Origin: the human T2T-CHM13v2.0 reference genome, Homo sapiens
Length of the DNA: 64,000 nucleotides
Assembly (NCBI RefSeq): GCF_009914755.1
Contig: NC_060939.1
Reading direction: 5' to 3' (one strand)
Positions 41,001 to 56,700 of the stretch are shown piece by piece (the first letter of the stretch is position 1; the number at the start of each line of letters is the position of its first letter). The position numbers and the translations under genes are program-made. Below the pieces are notes generated by a model. That model was not told where the DNA came from and searched no databases. It saw nothing but the letters and a program-made list of their open reading frames with translations.

Positions 41001-44000
41001 TCCATTCTACTCCAACTGATTCCATTCCATTCTATTCCTTTCCATTCCATTTCATTCCATTCCATTCCATTTCATTCCATTCCATTCCATTCCATTCCAT
41101 TCCATTCGCTTCCATTCCATTCGTGTCCATTCCATTCCAGTCCATTCCATTTGTGTCCACTGCATTCCATTCCACTCCATTCCATATTATTCCATTACAC
41201 TCCATTCCATTCTATTACTTTCATTTCCATTCAATTCCATTCCATTTGATTCCATTCCACTCGGTTTCATTCCATTTGAGTCCACTCCATTCCATTCCAT
41301 TCCATTCCATTCAGTTCCATTCCATTCTGTTCCATTCCATTCCGTTCCATTACATTCCATTCCATTCGGTACCATTCCATATTGTTCCATTCGATTCCAT
41401 TCGAATCCATTCCATTCCAGTCCATTCCATTCGATTCCGTTCCATTCATTTCAATTCCATTCCATTCCATTCCATTACATTCCACTTGATTCCTCTCCAT
41501 TCCCTTCCACTGCATTCCGTTCGATTCCATTCCATTGCATTGCATTCCATTCCATTGGATTGCATTCCATTCGATTCCATTCCATTCGAATCAATTACAT
41601 AGCAATCCATTACATTCGAGTCTATTCTCTTCCGTTCCATTCGATTTCGTTCCAATCCATTCGATTCCATTCCATTCGATTCCATTCCATACTATTGCAT
41701 TCCATTCGATTACATTATATTCGAATAAGTTCCATTCAAGACCATTTCTTTTGAGTCCATTCTATTTGAGTCCATTCCCTTTGATTCCATAACATTTGAG
41801 TCCATTCAATTCCATTCCTTTCGTTTCCATTCCATTTGATGCCATTCCATTCAATTCTGTTCTACTCGACTCCAATACATTCAATTCCATTCCATCCGAT
41901 TCCATTACATTCTTTTCATTTCTTATCCATTTCAAGCCATTCCACTCCATTCCATTCCACTCGTTTCCTTTCCATTCGAGTCCATTCCTCTCCAGTCCAT
42001 TCCGTTCAATCCATTCCATTCCAGTCCATTCCATTCGAGTCCGTTCCATTCCAGAACATTCCATTCGAGTCAATTCCATTCCATTCGATGTCTTTCCATA
42101 ACGATCCATTCCATTCTATTCCTTTCGATTCCATTCCATTCTATTTCATTCCATTCGATTCCCTTCCATTGGACTCCTTTCCATTCGAGTGCATTCCATT
42201 CCGTTCCATTTCTTTCCGTTCTGTACGATTCCTACCGTTCGATTTCATTTTGTTCCAGTCCATTCCTTTCGCGTCCATTCCATTCCATTTCACTCCATTC
42301 GATTCCATTCCACTCGATTCCACTTCGTTCCATTTCATTGCATTCCATTCTATTCAACTCTATTGCCTTCCATTCCATTCCATTCCATTACATTCCATGC
42401 GATTCCATTCGAAATCGAATCAATTACATTGCAATCCATTACAATTGAGTCCGTTTTATTCCAGTCCACTGCATTCTGGTCCATTCCATTTGATTCCATT
42501 CCATTCTATTCCATTCCATACAGTTGCATTCCTTTGGATTCCATGCTATATCTATAAATTCAATTCGAGACCATTGCTTTTGAGTCCATTCTATATGATT
42601 CCATTCCACTCAAGTCCATTACATTTGGTTCAATTCCATTCCATTCCATTCCCTTCCATTCCATTCCAGTTGATATCAATCCATTCGATTCCATTCCATT
42701 CGAGCACATTCCATTCGAGTCCATTCCATTCGATGCCATTCCATTTGATTCTATTCCATTAGTCTCCATTCAATTCCATTAATCTCCATTCCATTCCATT
42801 CTACTCCAACTGATTCCATTCCATTCTATTCCTTTCCATTCCATTTCATTCCATTCCATTCCATTTCATTCCATTCCATTCCATTCCATTCCATTCGCTT
42901 CCATTCCATTCGTGTCCATTCCATTCCAGTCCATTCCATTTGTGTCCACTGCATTCCATTCCACTCCATTCCATATTATTCCATTACACTCCATTCCATT
43001 CTATTACTTTCATTTCCATTCAATTCCATTCCATTTGATTCCATTCCACTCGGTTTCATTCCATTTGAGTCCACTCCATTCCATTCCATTCCATTCCATT
43101 CAGTTCCATTCCATTCTGTTCCATTCCATTCCGTTCCATTACATTCCATTCCATTCGGTACCATTCCATATTGTTCCATTCGATTCCATTCGAATCCATT
43201 CCATTCCAGTCCATTCCATTCGATTCCATTCCATTCATTTCAATTCCATTCCATTCCATTCCATTACATTCCACTTGATTCCTCTCCATTCCCTTCCACT
43301 GCATTCCGTTCGATTCCATTCCATTGCATTGCATTCCATTCCATTGGATTGCATTCCATTCGATTCCATTCCATTCGAATCAATTACATAGCAATCCATT
43401 ACATTCGAGTCTATTCTATTCCGTTCCATTCGATTTCGTTCCAATCCATTCGATTCCATTCCATTCGATACCATTCCATGCCATTGCATTCCATTCGATT
43501 ACATTATATTCGAATAAGTTCCATTCAAGACCATTTCTTTTGAGTCCATTCTATTTGAGTCCATTCCCTTTGATTCCTTAACATTTGAGTCCATTCAATT
43601 CCATTCCTTTCGTTTCCATTCCATTTGATGCCATTCCATTCAATTCTGTTCTACTCGACTCCAATACATTCAATTCCATTCCATCCGATTCCATTACATT
43701 CTTTTCATTTCTTATCCATTTCAAGCCATTCCACTCCATTCCATTCCACTCGTTTCCTTTCCATTCGAGTCCATTCCTCTCCAGTCCATTCCGTTCAATC
43801 CATTCCATTCCAGTCCATTCCATTCGAGTCCGTTCCATTCCAGTCCATTCCATTCGAGTCAATTCCATTCCATTCGATGTCTTTCCATAACGATCCATTC
43901 CATTCTATTCCTTTCGATTCCATTCCATTCTATTTCATTCCATTCGATTCCCTTCCATTGGACTCCTTTCCATTCGAGTGCATTCCATTCCTTTCCATTT

Positions 44001-47000
44001 CTTTCCGTTCTGTACGATTCCTACCGTTCGATTTCATTTTGTTCCAGTCCATTCCTTTCGCGTCCATTCCATTCCATTTCACTCCATTCGATTCCATTCC
44101 ACTCGATTCCACTTCGTTCCATTTCATTTCATTCCATTCTATTCAACTCTATTGCCTTCCATTCCATTCCATTCGATTACATTCCATGCGATTCCATTCG
44201 AAATCGAATCAATTACATTGCAATCCATTACTATTGAGTCCGTTTTATTCCAGTCCACTGCATTCTGGTCCATTCCGTTTGATTCCATTCCATTCTATTC
44301 CATTCCATACAGTTGCATTCCATTGGATTCCATGCTATATCTATAAATTCAATTCGAGACCATTGCTTTTGAGTCCATTCTATATGATTCCATTCCATTC
44401 AAGTCCATTACATTTGGTTCAATTCCATTCCATTCCATTCCCTTCCATTCCATTCCATTTGATATCAATCCATTCGATTCCATTCCATTCGAGCACATTC
44501 CATTCGAGTCCATTCCATTCGATGCCATTCCATTTGATTCTATTCCATTAGTCTCCATTCAATTCCATTAATCTCCATTCCATTCCATTCTACTCCAACT
44601 GATTCCATTCCATTCTATTCCTTTCCATTCCATTTCATTCCATTCCATTCCATTTCATTCCATTCCATTCCATTCGTGTCCATTCCACTCCAGTCCATTC
44701 CATTCGTGTCCATTCCATTCCAGTCCATTCCATTTGTGTCCACTGCATTCCATTGCAATCCATTCCATATTATTCCATTACACTCCATTCCATTCTATTA
44801 CTTTCATTTCCATTCAATTCCATTCCATTTGATTCCATTCCACTCGGTTTCATTCCATTTGAGTCCACTCCATTCCATTCCATTCCATTCCATTCAGTTC
44901 CATTCCATTCTGTTCCATTCCATTCCGTTCCATTACATTCCATTCCATTCGGTACCATTCCATATTGTTCCATTCGATTCCATTCGAATCCATTCCATTC
45001 CAGTCCATTCCATTCGATTCCATTCCATTCATTTCAATTCCATTCCATTCCATTCCATTACATTCCACTTGATTCCTCTCCATTCCCTTCCACTGCATTC
45101 CGTTCAATTCCATTCCATTGCATTGCATTCCATTCCATTGGATTGCATTCCATTCGATTCCATTCCATTCGAATCAATTACATAGCAATCCATTACATTC
45201 GAGTCTATTCTCTTCCGTTCCATTCGATTTCGTTCCACTCCATTCGATTCCATTCCATTCGATTCTATTCCATACCATTGCATTCCATTCGATTACATTA
45301 TATTCGAATAAGTTCCATTCAAGACCATTTCTTTTGAGTCCATTCTATTTGAGTCCATTCCCTTTGATTCCATAACATTTGAGTCCATTCAATTCCATTC
45401 CTTTCGTTTCCATTCCATTTGATGCCATTCCATTCAATTCTGTTCTACTCGACTCCAATACATTCAATTCCATTCCATCCGATTCCATTACATTCTTTTC
45501 ATTTCTTATCCATTTCAAGCCATTCCACTCCATTCCATTCCACTCGTTTCCTTTCCATTCGAGTCCATTCCTCTCCAGTCCATTCCGTTCAATCCATTCC
45601 ATTCCAGTCCATTCCATTCGAGTCCGTTCCATTCCAGTCCATTCCATTCGAGTCAATTCCATCCCATTCGATGTCTTTCCATAACGATCCATTCCATTCT
45701 ATTCCTTTCGATTCCATTCCATTCTATTTCATTCCATTCGATTCCCTTCCATTGGACTCCTTTCCATTCGAGTGCATTCCATTCCTTTCCATTTCTTTCC
45801 GTTCTGTACGATTCCTACCGTTCGATTTCATTTTGTTCCAGTCCATTCCTTTCGCGTCCATTCCATTCCATTTCACTCCATTCGATTCCATTCCACTCGA
45901 TTCCACTTCGTTCCATTTCATTTCATTCCATTCTATTCAACTCTATTGCCTTCCATTCCATTCCATTCGATTACATTCCATGTGATTCCATTCGAAATCG
46001 AATCAATTACATTGCAATCCATTACTATTGAGTCCGTTTTATTCCAGTCCACTGCATTCTGGTCCATTCCATTTGATTCCATTCCATTCTATTCCATTCC
46101 ATACAGTTGCATTCCATTGGATTCCATGCTATATCTATAAATTCAATTCGAGACCATTGCTTTTGAGTCCATTCTATATGATTCCATTCCATTCAAGTCC
46201 ATTACATTTGGTTCAATTCCATTCCATTCCATTCCGTTCCATTCCATTCCATTTGATATCAATCCATTCGATTCCATTCCATTCGAGCACATTCCATTCG
46301 AGTCCATTCCATTCGATGCCATTCCATTTGATTCTATTCAATTAGTCTCCATTCAATTCCATTAATCTCCATTCCATTCCATTCTACTCCAACTGATTCC
46401 ATTCCATTCTATTCCTTTCCATTCCATTTCATTCCATTCCATTCCATTTCATTCCATTCCATTCCATTCGTGTCCATTCCACTCCAGTCCATTCCATTCG
46501 TGTCCATTCCATTCCAGTCCATTCCATTTGTGTCCACTGCATTCCATTCCACTCCATTCCATATTATTCCATTACACTCCATTCCATTCTATTACTTTCA
46601 TTTCCATTCAATTCCATTCCATTTGATTCCATTCCACTCGGTTTCATTCCATTTGAGTCCACTCCATTCCATTCCATTCCATTCCATTCAGTTCCATTCC
46701 ATTCTGTTCCATTCCATTCCGTTCCATTACATTCCATTCCATTCGGTACCATTCCATATTGTTCCATTCGATTCCATTCGAATCCATTCCATTCCAGTCC
46801 ATTCCATTCGATTCCATTCCATTCATTTCAATTCCATTCCATTCCATTCCATTCCATTCCACTTGATTCCTCTCCATTCCATTCCACTGCATTCCGTTCG
46901 ATTCCATTCCATTGCATTGCATTCCATTCCATTGGATTGCATTCCATTCGATTCCATTCCATTCGAATCAATTACATAGCAATCCATTACATTCGAGTCT

Positions 47001-50000
47001 ATTCTATTCCGTTCCATTCGATTTCGTTCCAATCCATTCGATTCCATTCCATTCGATTCCATTCCATACTATTGCATTCCATTCGATTACATTATATTCG
47101 AATAAGTTCCATTCAAGACCATTTCTTTTGAGTCCATTCTATTTGAGTCCATTCCCTTTGATTCCATAACATTTGAGTCCATTCAATTCCATTCCTTTCG
47201 TTTCCATTCCATTTGATGCCATTCCATTCAATTCTGTTCTACTCGACTCCAATACATTCAATTCCATTCCATCCGATTCCATTACATTCTTTTCATTTCT
47301 TATCCATTTCAAGCCATTCCACTCCATTCCATTCCACTCGTTTCCTTTCCATTCGAGTCCATTCCTCTCCAGTCCATTCCGTTCAATCCATTCCATTCCA
47401 GTCCATTCCATTGGAGTCCGTTCCATTCCAGTCCATTCCATTCGAGTCAATTCCATCCCATTCGATGTCTTTCCATAACGATCCATTCCATTCTATTCCT
47501 TTCGATTCCATTCCATTCTATTTCTTTCCATTCGATTCCCTTCCATTGGACTCCTTTCCATTCGAGTGCATTCCATTCCGTTCCATTTCTTTCCGTTCTG
47601 TACGATTCCTACCGTTCGATTTCATTTTGTTCCAGTCCATTCCTTTCGCGTCCATTCCATTCCATTTCACTCCATTCGATTCCATTCCACTCGATTCCAC
47701 TTCGTTCCATTTCATTGCATTCCATTCTATTCAACTCTATTGCCTTCCATTCCATTCCATTCGATTACATTCCATGCGATTCCATTCGAAATCGAATCAA
47801 TTACATTGCAATCCATAACTATTGAGTCCATTTTATTCCAGTCCACTGCATTCTGGTCCATTCCATTTGATTCCATTCCATTCTATTCCATTCCATACAG
47901 TTGCATTCCATTGGATTCCATTCTATATCTATAAATTCAATTCGAGACCATTGCTTTTGAGTCCATTCTATATGATTCCATTCCATTCAAGTCCATTACA
48001 TTTGGTTCAATTCCATTCCATTCCATTCCCTTCCATTCCATTCCAGTTGATATCAATCCATTCGATTCCATTCCATTCGAGCACATTCCATTCGAGTCCA
48101 TTCAATTCGATGCCATTCCATTTGGTTCTATTCCATTAGTCTCCATTCAATTCCATTAATCTCCATTCCATTCCATTCTACTCCAACTGATTCCATTCCA
48201 TTCTATTCCTTTGCATTCCATTTCATTCCATTCCATTCCATTTCATTCCATTCCATTCCATTCCATTCCATTCGCTTCCATTCCATTCGTGTCCATTCCA
48301 TTCCAGTCCATTCCATTTGTGTCCACTGCATTCCATTCCACTCCATTCCATATTATTCCATTATACTCCATTCCATTGTATTACTTTCATTTCCATTCAA
48401 TTCCATTCCATTTGATTCCATTCCACTCGGTTTCATTCCATTTGTGTCCACTCCATTCCATTCCATTCCATTCCATTCAGTTCCATTCCATTCTATTCCA
48501 TTCCATTCCGTTCCATTGCATTCCATTCCATTCGGTACCATTCCATATTGTTCCATTCGATTCCATTCGAATCCATTCCATTCCAGTCCATTCCATTCGA
48601 TTCCATTCCATTCCTTTCAATTCCATTCCATTCCATTCCATTCCACTTGATTCCACTCCATTCCCTTCCACTGCATTCCATTCGATTCCATTCCATTGCA
48701 TTGCATTCCATTCCATTGGACTGCATTCCATTCGATTCCATTCCATTCGAATCAATTACATAGCAATCCATTACATTCGAGTCTATTCTATTCCGTTCAA
48801 TTCGATTTCGTTCCAATCCATTCGATTCCATTCCATTCGATTCCATTCCATACTATTGCATTCCATTCTATTACATTATATTCGAATAAGTTCCATTCAA
48901 GACCATTTCTTTTGAGTCCATTCTATTTGAGTGCATTCCCTTTGATTCCATAACATTTGAGTCCATTCAATTCCATTCCTTTCGTTTCCATTCCATTTGA
49001 TGCCATTCCATTCAATTCCGTTCTACTCGACTCCAATACATTCAATTCCATTCCATCCGATTCCATTACATTCTTTTCATTTCTTATCCATTTCAAGCCA
49101 TTCCACTCCATTCCATTCCACTCGTTTCCTTTCCATTCGAGTCCATTCCTCTCCAGTCCATTCCGTTCAATCCATTCCATTCCAGTCCATTCCATTCGAG
49201 TCCGTTCCATTCCAGTCCATTCCATTCGAGTTAATTCCATCCCATTCGATGTCTTTCCATAACGATCCATTCCATTCTATTCCTTTCGATTCCATTCCAT
49301 TCTATTTCATTCCATTCGATTCCCTTCCATTGGACTCCTTTCCATTCGAGTGCATTCCATTCCGTTCCATTTCTTTCCGTTCTGTACGATTCCTACCGTT
49401 CGATTTCATTTTGTTCCAGTCCATTCCTTTCGCGTCCATTCCATTCCATTTCACTCCATTCGATTCCATTCCACTCGATTCCACTTCGTTCCATTTCATT
49501 GCATTCCATTCTTTTCAACTCTATTGCCTTCCATTCCATTCCATTCGATTACATTCCATGCGATTCCATTCGAAATCGAATCAATTACATTGCAATCCAT
49601 TACTATTGAGTCCGTTTTATTCCAGTCCACTGCATTCTGGTCCATTCCATTTGATTCCATTCCATTCTATTCCATTCCATACAGTTGCATTCCATTGGAT
49701 TCCATGCTATATCTATAAATTCAATTCGAGACCATTGCTTTTGAGTCCATTCTATATGATTCCATTCCATTCAAGTCCATTACATTTGGTTCAATTCCAT
49801 TCCATTCCATTCCCTTCCATTCCATTCCATTTGATATCAATCCATTCGATTCCATTATATTCGAGCACATTCAATTCGAGTCCATTCCATTCGATGCCAT
49901 TCCATTTGATTCTATTCCATTAGTCTCCATTCAATTCCATTAATCTCCATTCCATTCCATTCTACTCCAACTGATTCCATTCCATTCTATTCCTTTCCAT

Positions 50001-50519
50001 TCCATTTCATTCCATTCCATTCCATTCCATTCCATTCCATTCGTGTCCATTCCACTCCAGTCCATTCCATTCGTGTCCATTCCATTGCAGTCCGTTCCAT
50101 TTGTGTCCACTGCATTCCATTCCACTCCATTCCATATTATTCCATTACACTCCATTCCATTCTATTACTTTCATTTCCATTCAATTCCATTCCATTTAAT
50201 TCCATTCCACTCGGTTTCATTCCATTTGAGTCCACTCCATTCCATTCCATTGCATTCCATTCAGTTCCATTCCATTCTGTTCCATTCCATTCCGTTCCAT
50301 TACATTCCATTCCATTCGGTACCATTCCATATTGTTCCATTCGATTCCATTCGAATCCATTCCATTCCAGTCCATTCCATTCGATTCCATTCCATTCATT
50401 TCAATTCCATTCCATTCCATTCCATTACATTCCACTTGATTCCTCTCCATTCCCTTCCACTGCATTCCGTTCGATTCCATTCCATTGCATTGCATTCCAT
50501 TCCATTGGATTGCATTCCA

Positions 50520-50743
50520 TTCGATTCCATTCCATTCGAATCAATTACATAGCAATCCATTACATTCGAGTCTATTCTCTTCCGTTCCATTCGATTTCGT
50601 TCCAATAAATTCGATTCCATTCCATTCGATTCCATTCCATTCGAATCAATTACATAGCAATCCATTACATTCGAGTCTATTCTCTTCCGTTCCATTCGAT
50701 TTCGTTCCAATCCATTCGATTCCATTCCATTCGATTCCATTCC
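50520..50743 (+). repeat. 105-bp internal tandem duplication within a unit (copy 2, inherited through the 7-unit duplication)
   Basis: AATCAATTACATAGCAATCC occurs at 50539 and 50644, with the same CCAATAAATTCG variant as in copy 1. Confidence 0.93.
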
Positions 50744-53700
50744 ATACTATTGCATTCCATTCGATTACATTATATTCGAATAAGTTCCATTCAAGACCAT
50801 TTCTTTTGAGTCCATTCTATTTGAGTCCTTTCCCTTTGATTCCATAACATTTGAGTCCATTCAATTCCATTCCTTTCGTTTCCATTCCATTTGATGCCAT
50901 TCCATTCAATTCTGTTCTACTCGACTCCAATACATTCAATTCCATTCCATCCGATTCCATTACATTCTTTTCATTTCTTATCCATTTCAAGCCATTCCAC
51001 TCCATTCCATTCCACTCGTTTCCTTTCCATTCGAGTCCATTCCTCTCCAGTCCATTCCGTTCAATCCATTCCATTCCAGTCCATTCCATTCGAGTCCGTT
51101 CCATTCCAGTCCATTCCATTCGAGTCAATTCCATTCCATTCGATGTCTTTCCATAACGATCCATTCCATTCTATTCCTTTCGATTCCATTCCATTCTATT
51201 TCATTCCATTCGATTCCCTTCCATTGGACTCCTTTCCATTCGAGTGCATTCCATTCCGTTCCATTTCTTTCCGTTCTGTACGATTCCTACCGTTCGATTT
51301 CAGTTTGTTCCAGTCCATTCCTTTCGCGTCCATTCCATTCCATTTCACTACATTCGATTCCATTCCATTCGATTCCATTCTACTCGATTCCACTTCGTTC
51401 CATTTCATTGCATTCCATTCTATTCAACTCTATTGCCTTCCATTCCATTCCATTCGATTACATTCCATGCGATTCCATTCGATATCGAATCAATTACATT
51501 GCAATCCATTACTATTGAGTCCGTTTTATTCCAGTCCACTGCATTCTGGTCCATTCCATTTGATTCCATTCCATTCTATTCCATTCCATGCAGTTGCATT
51601 CCATTGGATTCCATGCTATATCTATAAATTCAATTCGAGACCATTGCTTTTGAGTCCATTCTATATGATTCCATTCCATTCAAGTCCATTACATTTGGTT
51701 CAATTCCATTCCATTCCATTCCCTTCCATTCCATTCCATTTGATATCAATCCATTCGATTCCATTCCATTCGAGCACATTCCATTCGAGTCCATTCCATT
51801 CGATGCCATTCCATTTGATTCTATTCCATTAGTCTCCATTCAATTCCATTAATCTCCATTCCATTCCATTCTACTCCAACTGATTCCATTCCATTCTATT
51901 CCTTTCCATTCCATTTCATTCCATTCCATTCCATTTCATTCCATTCCATTCCATTCGTGTCCATTCCACTCCAGTCCATTCCATTCGTGTCCATTCCATT
52001 CCAGTCCATTCCATTTGTGTCCACTGCATTCCATTCCACTCCATTCCATATTATTCCATTACACTCCATTCCATTCTATTACTTTCATTTCCATTCAATT
52101 CCATTCCATTTGATTCCATTCCACTCGGTTTCATTCCATTTGAGTCCACTCCATTCCATTCCATTCCATTCCATTCAGTTCCATTCCATTCTGTTCCATT
52201 CCATTCCGTTCCATTACATTCCATTCCATTCGGTACCATTCCATATTGTTCCATTCGATTCCATTCGAATCCATTCCATTCCAGTCCATTCCATTCGATT
52301 CCATTCCATTCATTTCAATTCCATTCCATTCCATTCCATTACATTCCACTTGATTCCTCTCCATTCCCTTCCACTGCATTCCGTTCGATTCCATTCCATT
52401 GCATTGCATTCCATTCCATTGGATTGCATTCCTTTCGATTCCATTCCATTCGAATCAATTACATAGCAATCCATTACATTCGAGTCTATTCTCTTCCGTT
52501 CCATTCGATTTCGTTCCAATCCATTCGATTCCATTCCATTCGATTCCATTCCATACTATTGCATTCCATTCGATTACATTATATTCGAATAAGTTCCATT
52601 CAAGACCATTTCTTTTGAGTCCATTCTATTTGAGTCCATTCCCTTTGATTCCATAATATTTGAGTCCATTCATTTCCATTCCTTTCGTTTCCATTCCATT
52701 TGATGCCATTCCATTCAATTCTGTTCTACTCGACTCCAATACATTCAATTCCATTCCATCCGATTCCATTACATTCTTTTCATTTCTTATCCATTTCAAG
52801 CCATTCCACTCCATTCCATTCCACTCGTTTCCTTTCCATTCGAGTCCATTCCTCTCCAGTCCATTCCGTTCAATCCATTCCATTCCAGTCCATTCCATTC
52901 GAGTCCGTTCCATTCCAGTCCATTCCATTCGAGTCAATTCCATCCCATTCGATGTCTTTCCATAACGATCCATTCCATTCTATTCCTTTCGATTCCATTC
53001 CATTCTATTTCATTCCATTCGATTCCCTTCCATTGGACTCCTTTCCATTCGAGTGCATTCCATTCCGTTCCATTTCTTACCATTCTGTACGATTCCTACC
53101 GTTCGATTTCATTTTGTTCCAGTCCATTCCTTTCGCGTCCATTCCATTCCATTTCAGTCCATTCGATTCCATTCCACTCGATTCCACTTCGTTCCATTTC
53201 ATTGCATTCCATTCTATTCAACTCTATTGCCTTCCATTCCATTCCATTCGATTACATTCCATGCGATTCCATTCGAAATCGAATCAATTACATTGCAATC
53301 CATTACTATTGAGTCCGTTTTATTCCAGTCCACTGCATTCTGGTCCATTCCATTTGATTCCATTCCATTCTATTCCATTCCATACAGTTGCATTCCATTG
53401 GATTCCATGCTATATCTATAAATTCAATTCGAGACCATTGCTTTTGAGTCCATTCTATATGATTCCATTCCATTCAAGTCCATTACATTTGGTTCAATTC
53501 CATTCCATTCCATTCCCTTCCATTCCATTCCATTTGATATCAATCCATTCGATTCCATTCCATTCGAGCACATTCCATTCGAGTCCATTCCATTCGATGC
53601 CATTCCATTTGATTCTATTCCATTAGTCTCCATTCAATTCCATTAATCTCCATTCCATTCCATTCTACTCCAACTGATTCCATTCCATTCTATTCCTTTC

Positions 53701-56700
53701 CATTCCATTTCATTCCATTCCATTCCATTTCATTCCATTCCATTCCATTCCATTCCATTCCATTCGCTTCCATTCCATTCGTGTCCATTCCATTCCAGTC
53801 CATTCCATTTGTGTCCACTGCATTCCATTCCACTCCATTCCATATTATTCCATTACACTCCATTCCATTCTATTACTTTCATTTCCATTCAATTCCATTC
53901 CATTTGATTCCATTCCACTCGGTTTCATTCCATTTGAGTCCACTCCATTCCATTCCATTCCATTCCATTCAGTTCCATTCCATTCTGTTCCATTCCATTC
54001 CGTTCCATTACATTCCATTCCATTCGGTACCATTCCATATTGTTCCATTCGATTCCATTCGAATCCATTCCATTCCAGTCCATTCCATTCGATTCCGTTC
54101 CATTCATTTCAATTCCATTCCATTCCATTCCATTACATTCCACTTGATTCCTCTCCATTCCCTTCCACTGCATTCCGTTCGATTCCATTCCATTGCATTG
54201 CATTCCATTCCATTGGATTGCATTCCATTCGATTCCATTCCATTCGAATCAATTACATAGCAATCCATTACATTCGAGTCTATTCTCTTCCGTTCCATTC
54301 GATTTCGTTCCAATCCATTCGATTCCATTCCATTCGATTCCATTCCATACTATTGCATTCCATTCGATTACATTATATTCGAATAAGTTCCATTCAAGAC
54401 CATTTCTTTTGAGTCCATTCTATTTGAGTCCATTCCCTTTGATTCCATAACATTTGAGTCCATTCAATTCCATTCCTTTCGTTTCCATTCCATTTGATGC
54501 CATTCCATTCAATTCTGTTCTACTCGACTCCAATACATTCAATTCCATTCCATCCGATTCCATTACATTCTTTTCATTTCTTATCCATTTCAAGCCATTC
54601 CACTCCATTCCATTCCACTCGTTTCCTTTCCATTCGAGTCCATTCCTCTCCAGTCCATTCCGTTCAATCCATTCCATTCCAGTCCATTCCATTCGAGTCC
54701 GTTCCATTCCAGAACATTCCATTCGAGTCAATTCCATTCCATTCGATGTCTTTCCATAACGATCCATTCCATTCTATTCCTTTCGATTCCATTCCATTCT
54801 ATTTCATTCCATTCGATTCCCTTCCATTGGACTCCTTTCCATTCGAGTGCATTCCATTCCGTTCCATTTCTTTCCGTTCTGTACGATTCCTACCGTTCGA
54901 TTTCATTTTGTTCCAGTCCATTCCTTTCGCGTCCATTCCATTCCATTTCACTCCATTCGATTCCATTCCACTCGATTCCACTTCGTTCCATTTCATTGCA
55001 TTCCATTCTATTCAACTCTATTGCCTTCCATTCCATTCCATTCCATTACATTCCATGCGATTCCATTCGAAATCGAATCAATTACATTGCAATCCATTAC
55101 AATTGAGTCCGTTTTATTCCAGTCCACTGCATTCTGGTCCATTCCATTTGATTCCATTCCATTCTATTCCATTCCATACAGTTGCATTCCTTTGGATTCC
55201 ATGCTATATCTATAAATTCAATTCGAGACCATTGCTTTTGAGTCCATTCTATATGATTCCATTCCACTCAAGTCCATTACATTTGGTTCAATTCCATTCC
55301 ATTCCATTCCCTTCCATTCCATTCCAGTTGATATCAATCCATTCGATTCCATTCCATTCGAGCACATTCCATTCGAGTCCATTCCATTCGATGCCATTCC
55401 ATTTGATTCTATTCCATTAGTCTCCATTCAATTCCATTAATCTCCATTCCATTCCATTCTACTCCAACTGATTCCATTCCATTCTATTCCTTTCCATTCC
55501 ATTTCATTCCATTCCATTCCATTTCATTCCATTCCATTCCATTCCATTCCATTCGCTTCCATTCCATTCGTGTCCATTCCATTCCAGTCCATTCCATTTG
55601 TGTCCACTGCATTCCATTCCACTCCATTCCATATTATTCCATTACACTCCATTCCATTCTATTACTTTCATTTCCATTCAATTCCATTCCATTTGATTCC
55701 ATTCCACTCGGTTTCATTCCATTTGAGTCCACTCCATTCCATTCCATTCCATTCCATTCAGTTCCATTCCATTCTGTTCCATTCCATTCCGTTCCATTAC
55801 ATTCCATTCCATTCGGTACCATTCCATATTGTTCCATTCGATTCCATTCGAATCCATTCCATTCCAGTCCATTCCATTCGATTCCATTCCATTCATTTCA
55901 ATTCCATTCCATTCCATTCCATTACATTCCACTTGATTCCTCTCCATTCCCTTCCACTGCATTCCGTTCGATTCCATTCCATTGCATTGCATTCCATTCC
56001 ATTGGACTGCATTCCATTCGATTCCATTCCATTCGAATCAATTACATAGCAATCCATTACATTCGAGTCTATTCTCTTCCGTTCCATTCGATTTCGTTCC
56101 AATCCATTCGATTCCATTCCATTCGATTCCATTCCATACTATTGCATTCCATTCGATTACATTATATTCGAATAAGTTCCACTCAAGACCATTTCTTTTG
56201 AGTCCATTCTATTTGAGTCCATTCCCTTTGATTCCATAACATTTGAGTCCATTCAATTCCATTCCTTTCGTTTCCATTCCATTTGATGCCATTCCATTCA
56301 ATTCTGTTCTACTCGACTCCAATACATTCAATTCCATTCCATCCGATTCCATTACATTCTTTTCATTTCTTATCCATTTCAAGCCATTCCACTCCATTCC
56401 ATTCCACTCGTTTCCTTTCCATTCGAGTCCATTCCTCTCCAGTCCATTCCGTTCAATCCATTCCATTCCAGTCCATTCCATTCGAGTCCGTTCCATTCCA
56501 GTCCATTCCATTCGAGTCAATTCCATCCCATTCGATGTCTTTCCATAACGATCCATTCCATTCTATTCCTTTCGATTCCATTCCATTCTATTTCATTCCA
56601 TTCGATTCCCTTCCATTGGACTCCTTTCCATTCGAGTGCATTCCATTCCGTTCCATTTCTTTCCGTTCTGTACGATTCCTACCGTTCGATTTCATTTTGT

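Larger units (their letters stand above)
30500..55850 (+). repeat. Tandem duplication of a 7-unit block (2 x about 12.66 kb); boundaries approximate
   Basis: The unit-length series 1794,1794,1784,1899,1809,1794,1789 repeats as 1794,1794,1784,1894,1809,1794,1789. Private variants recur at offset 12,663 and then 12,658: CGATACCATTCCATGCC ~30803/~43466, TGCAATCC ~32091/~44754, 105-bp duplication 37881/50539, CCAGAACATT 42051/54709. Confidence 0.95.
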
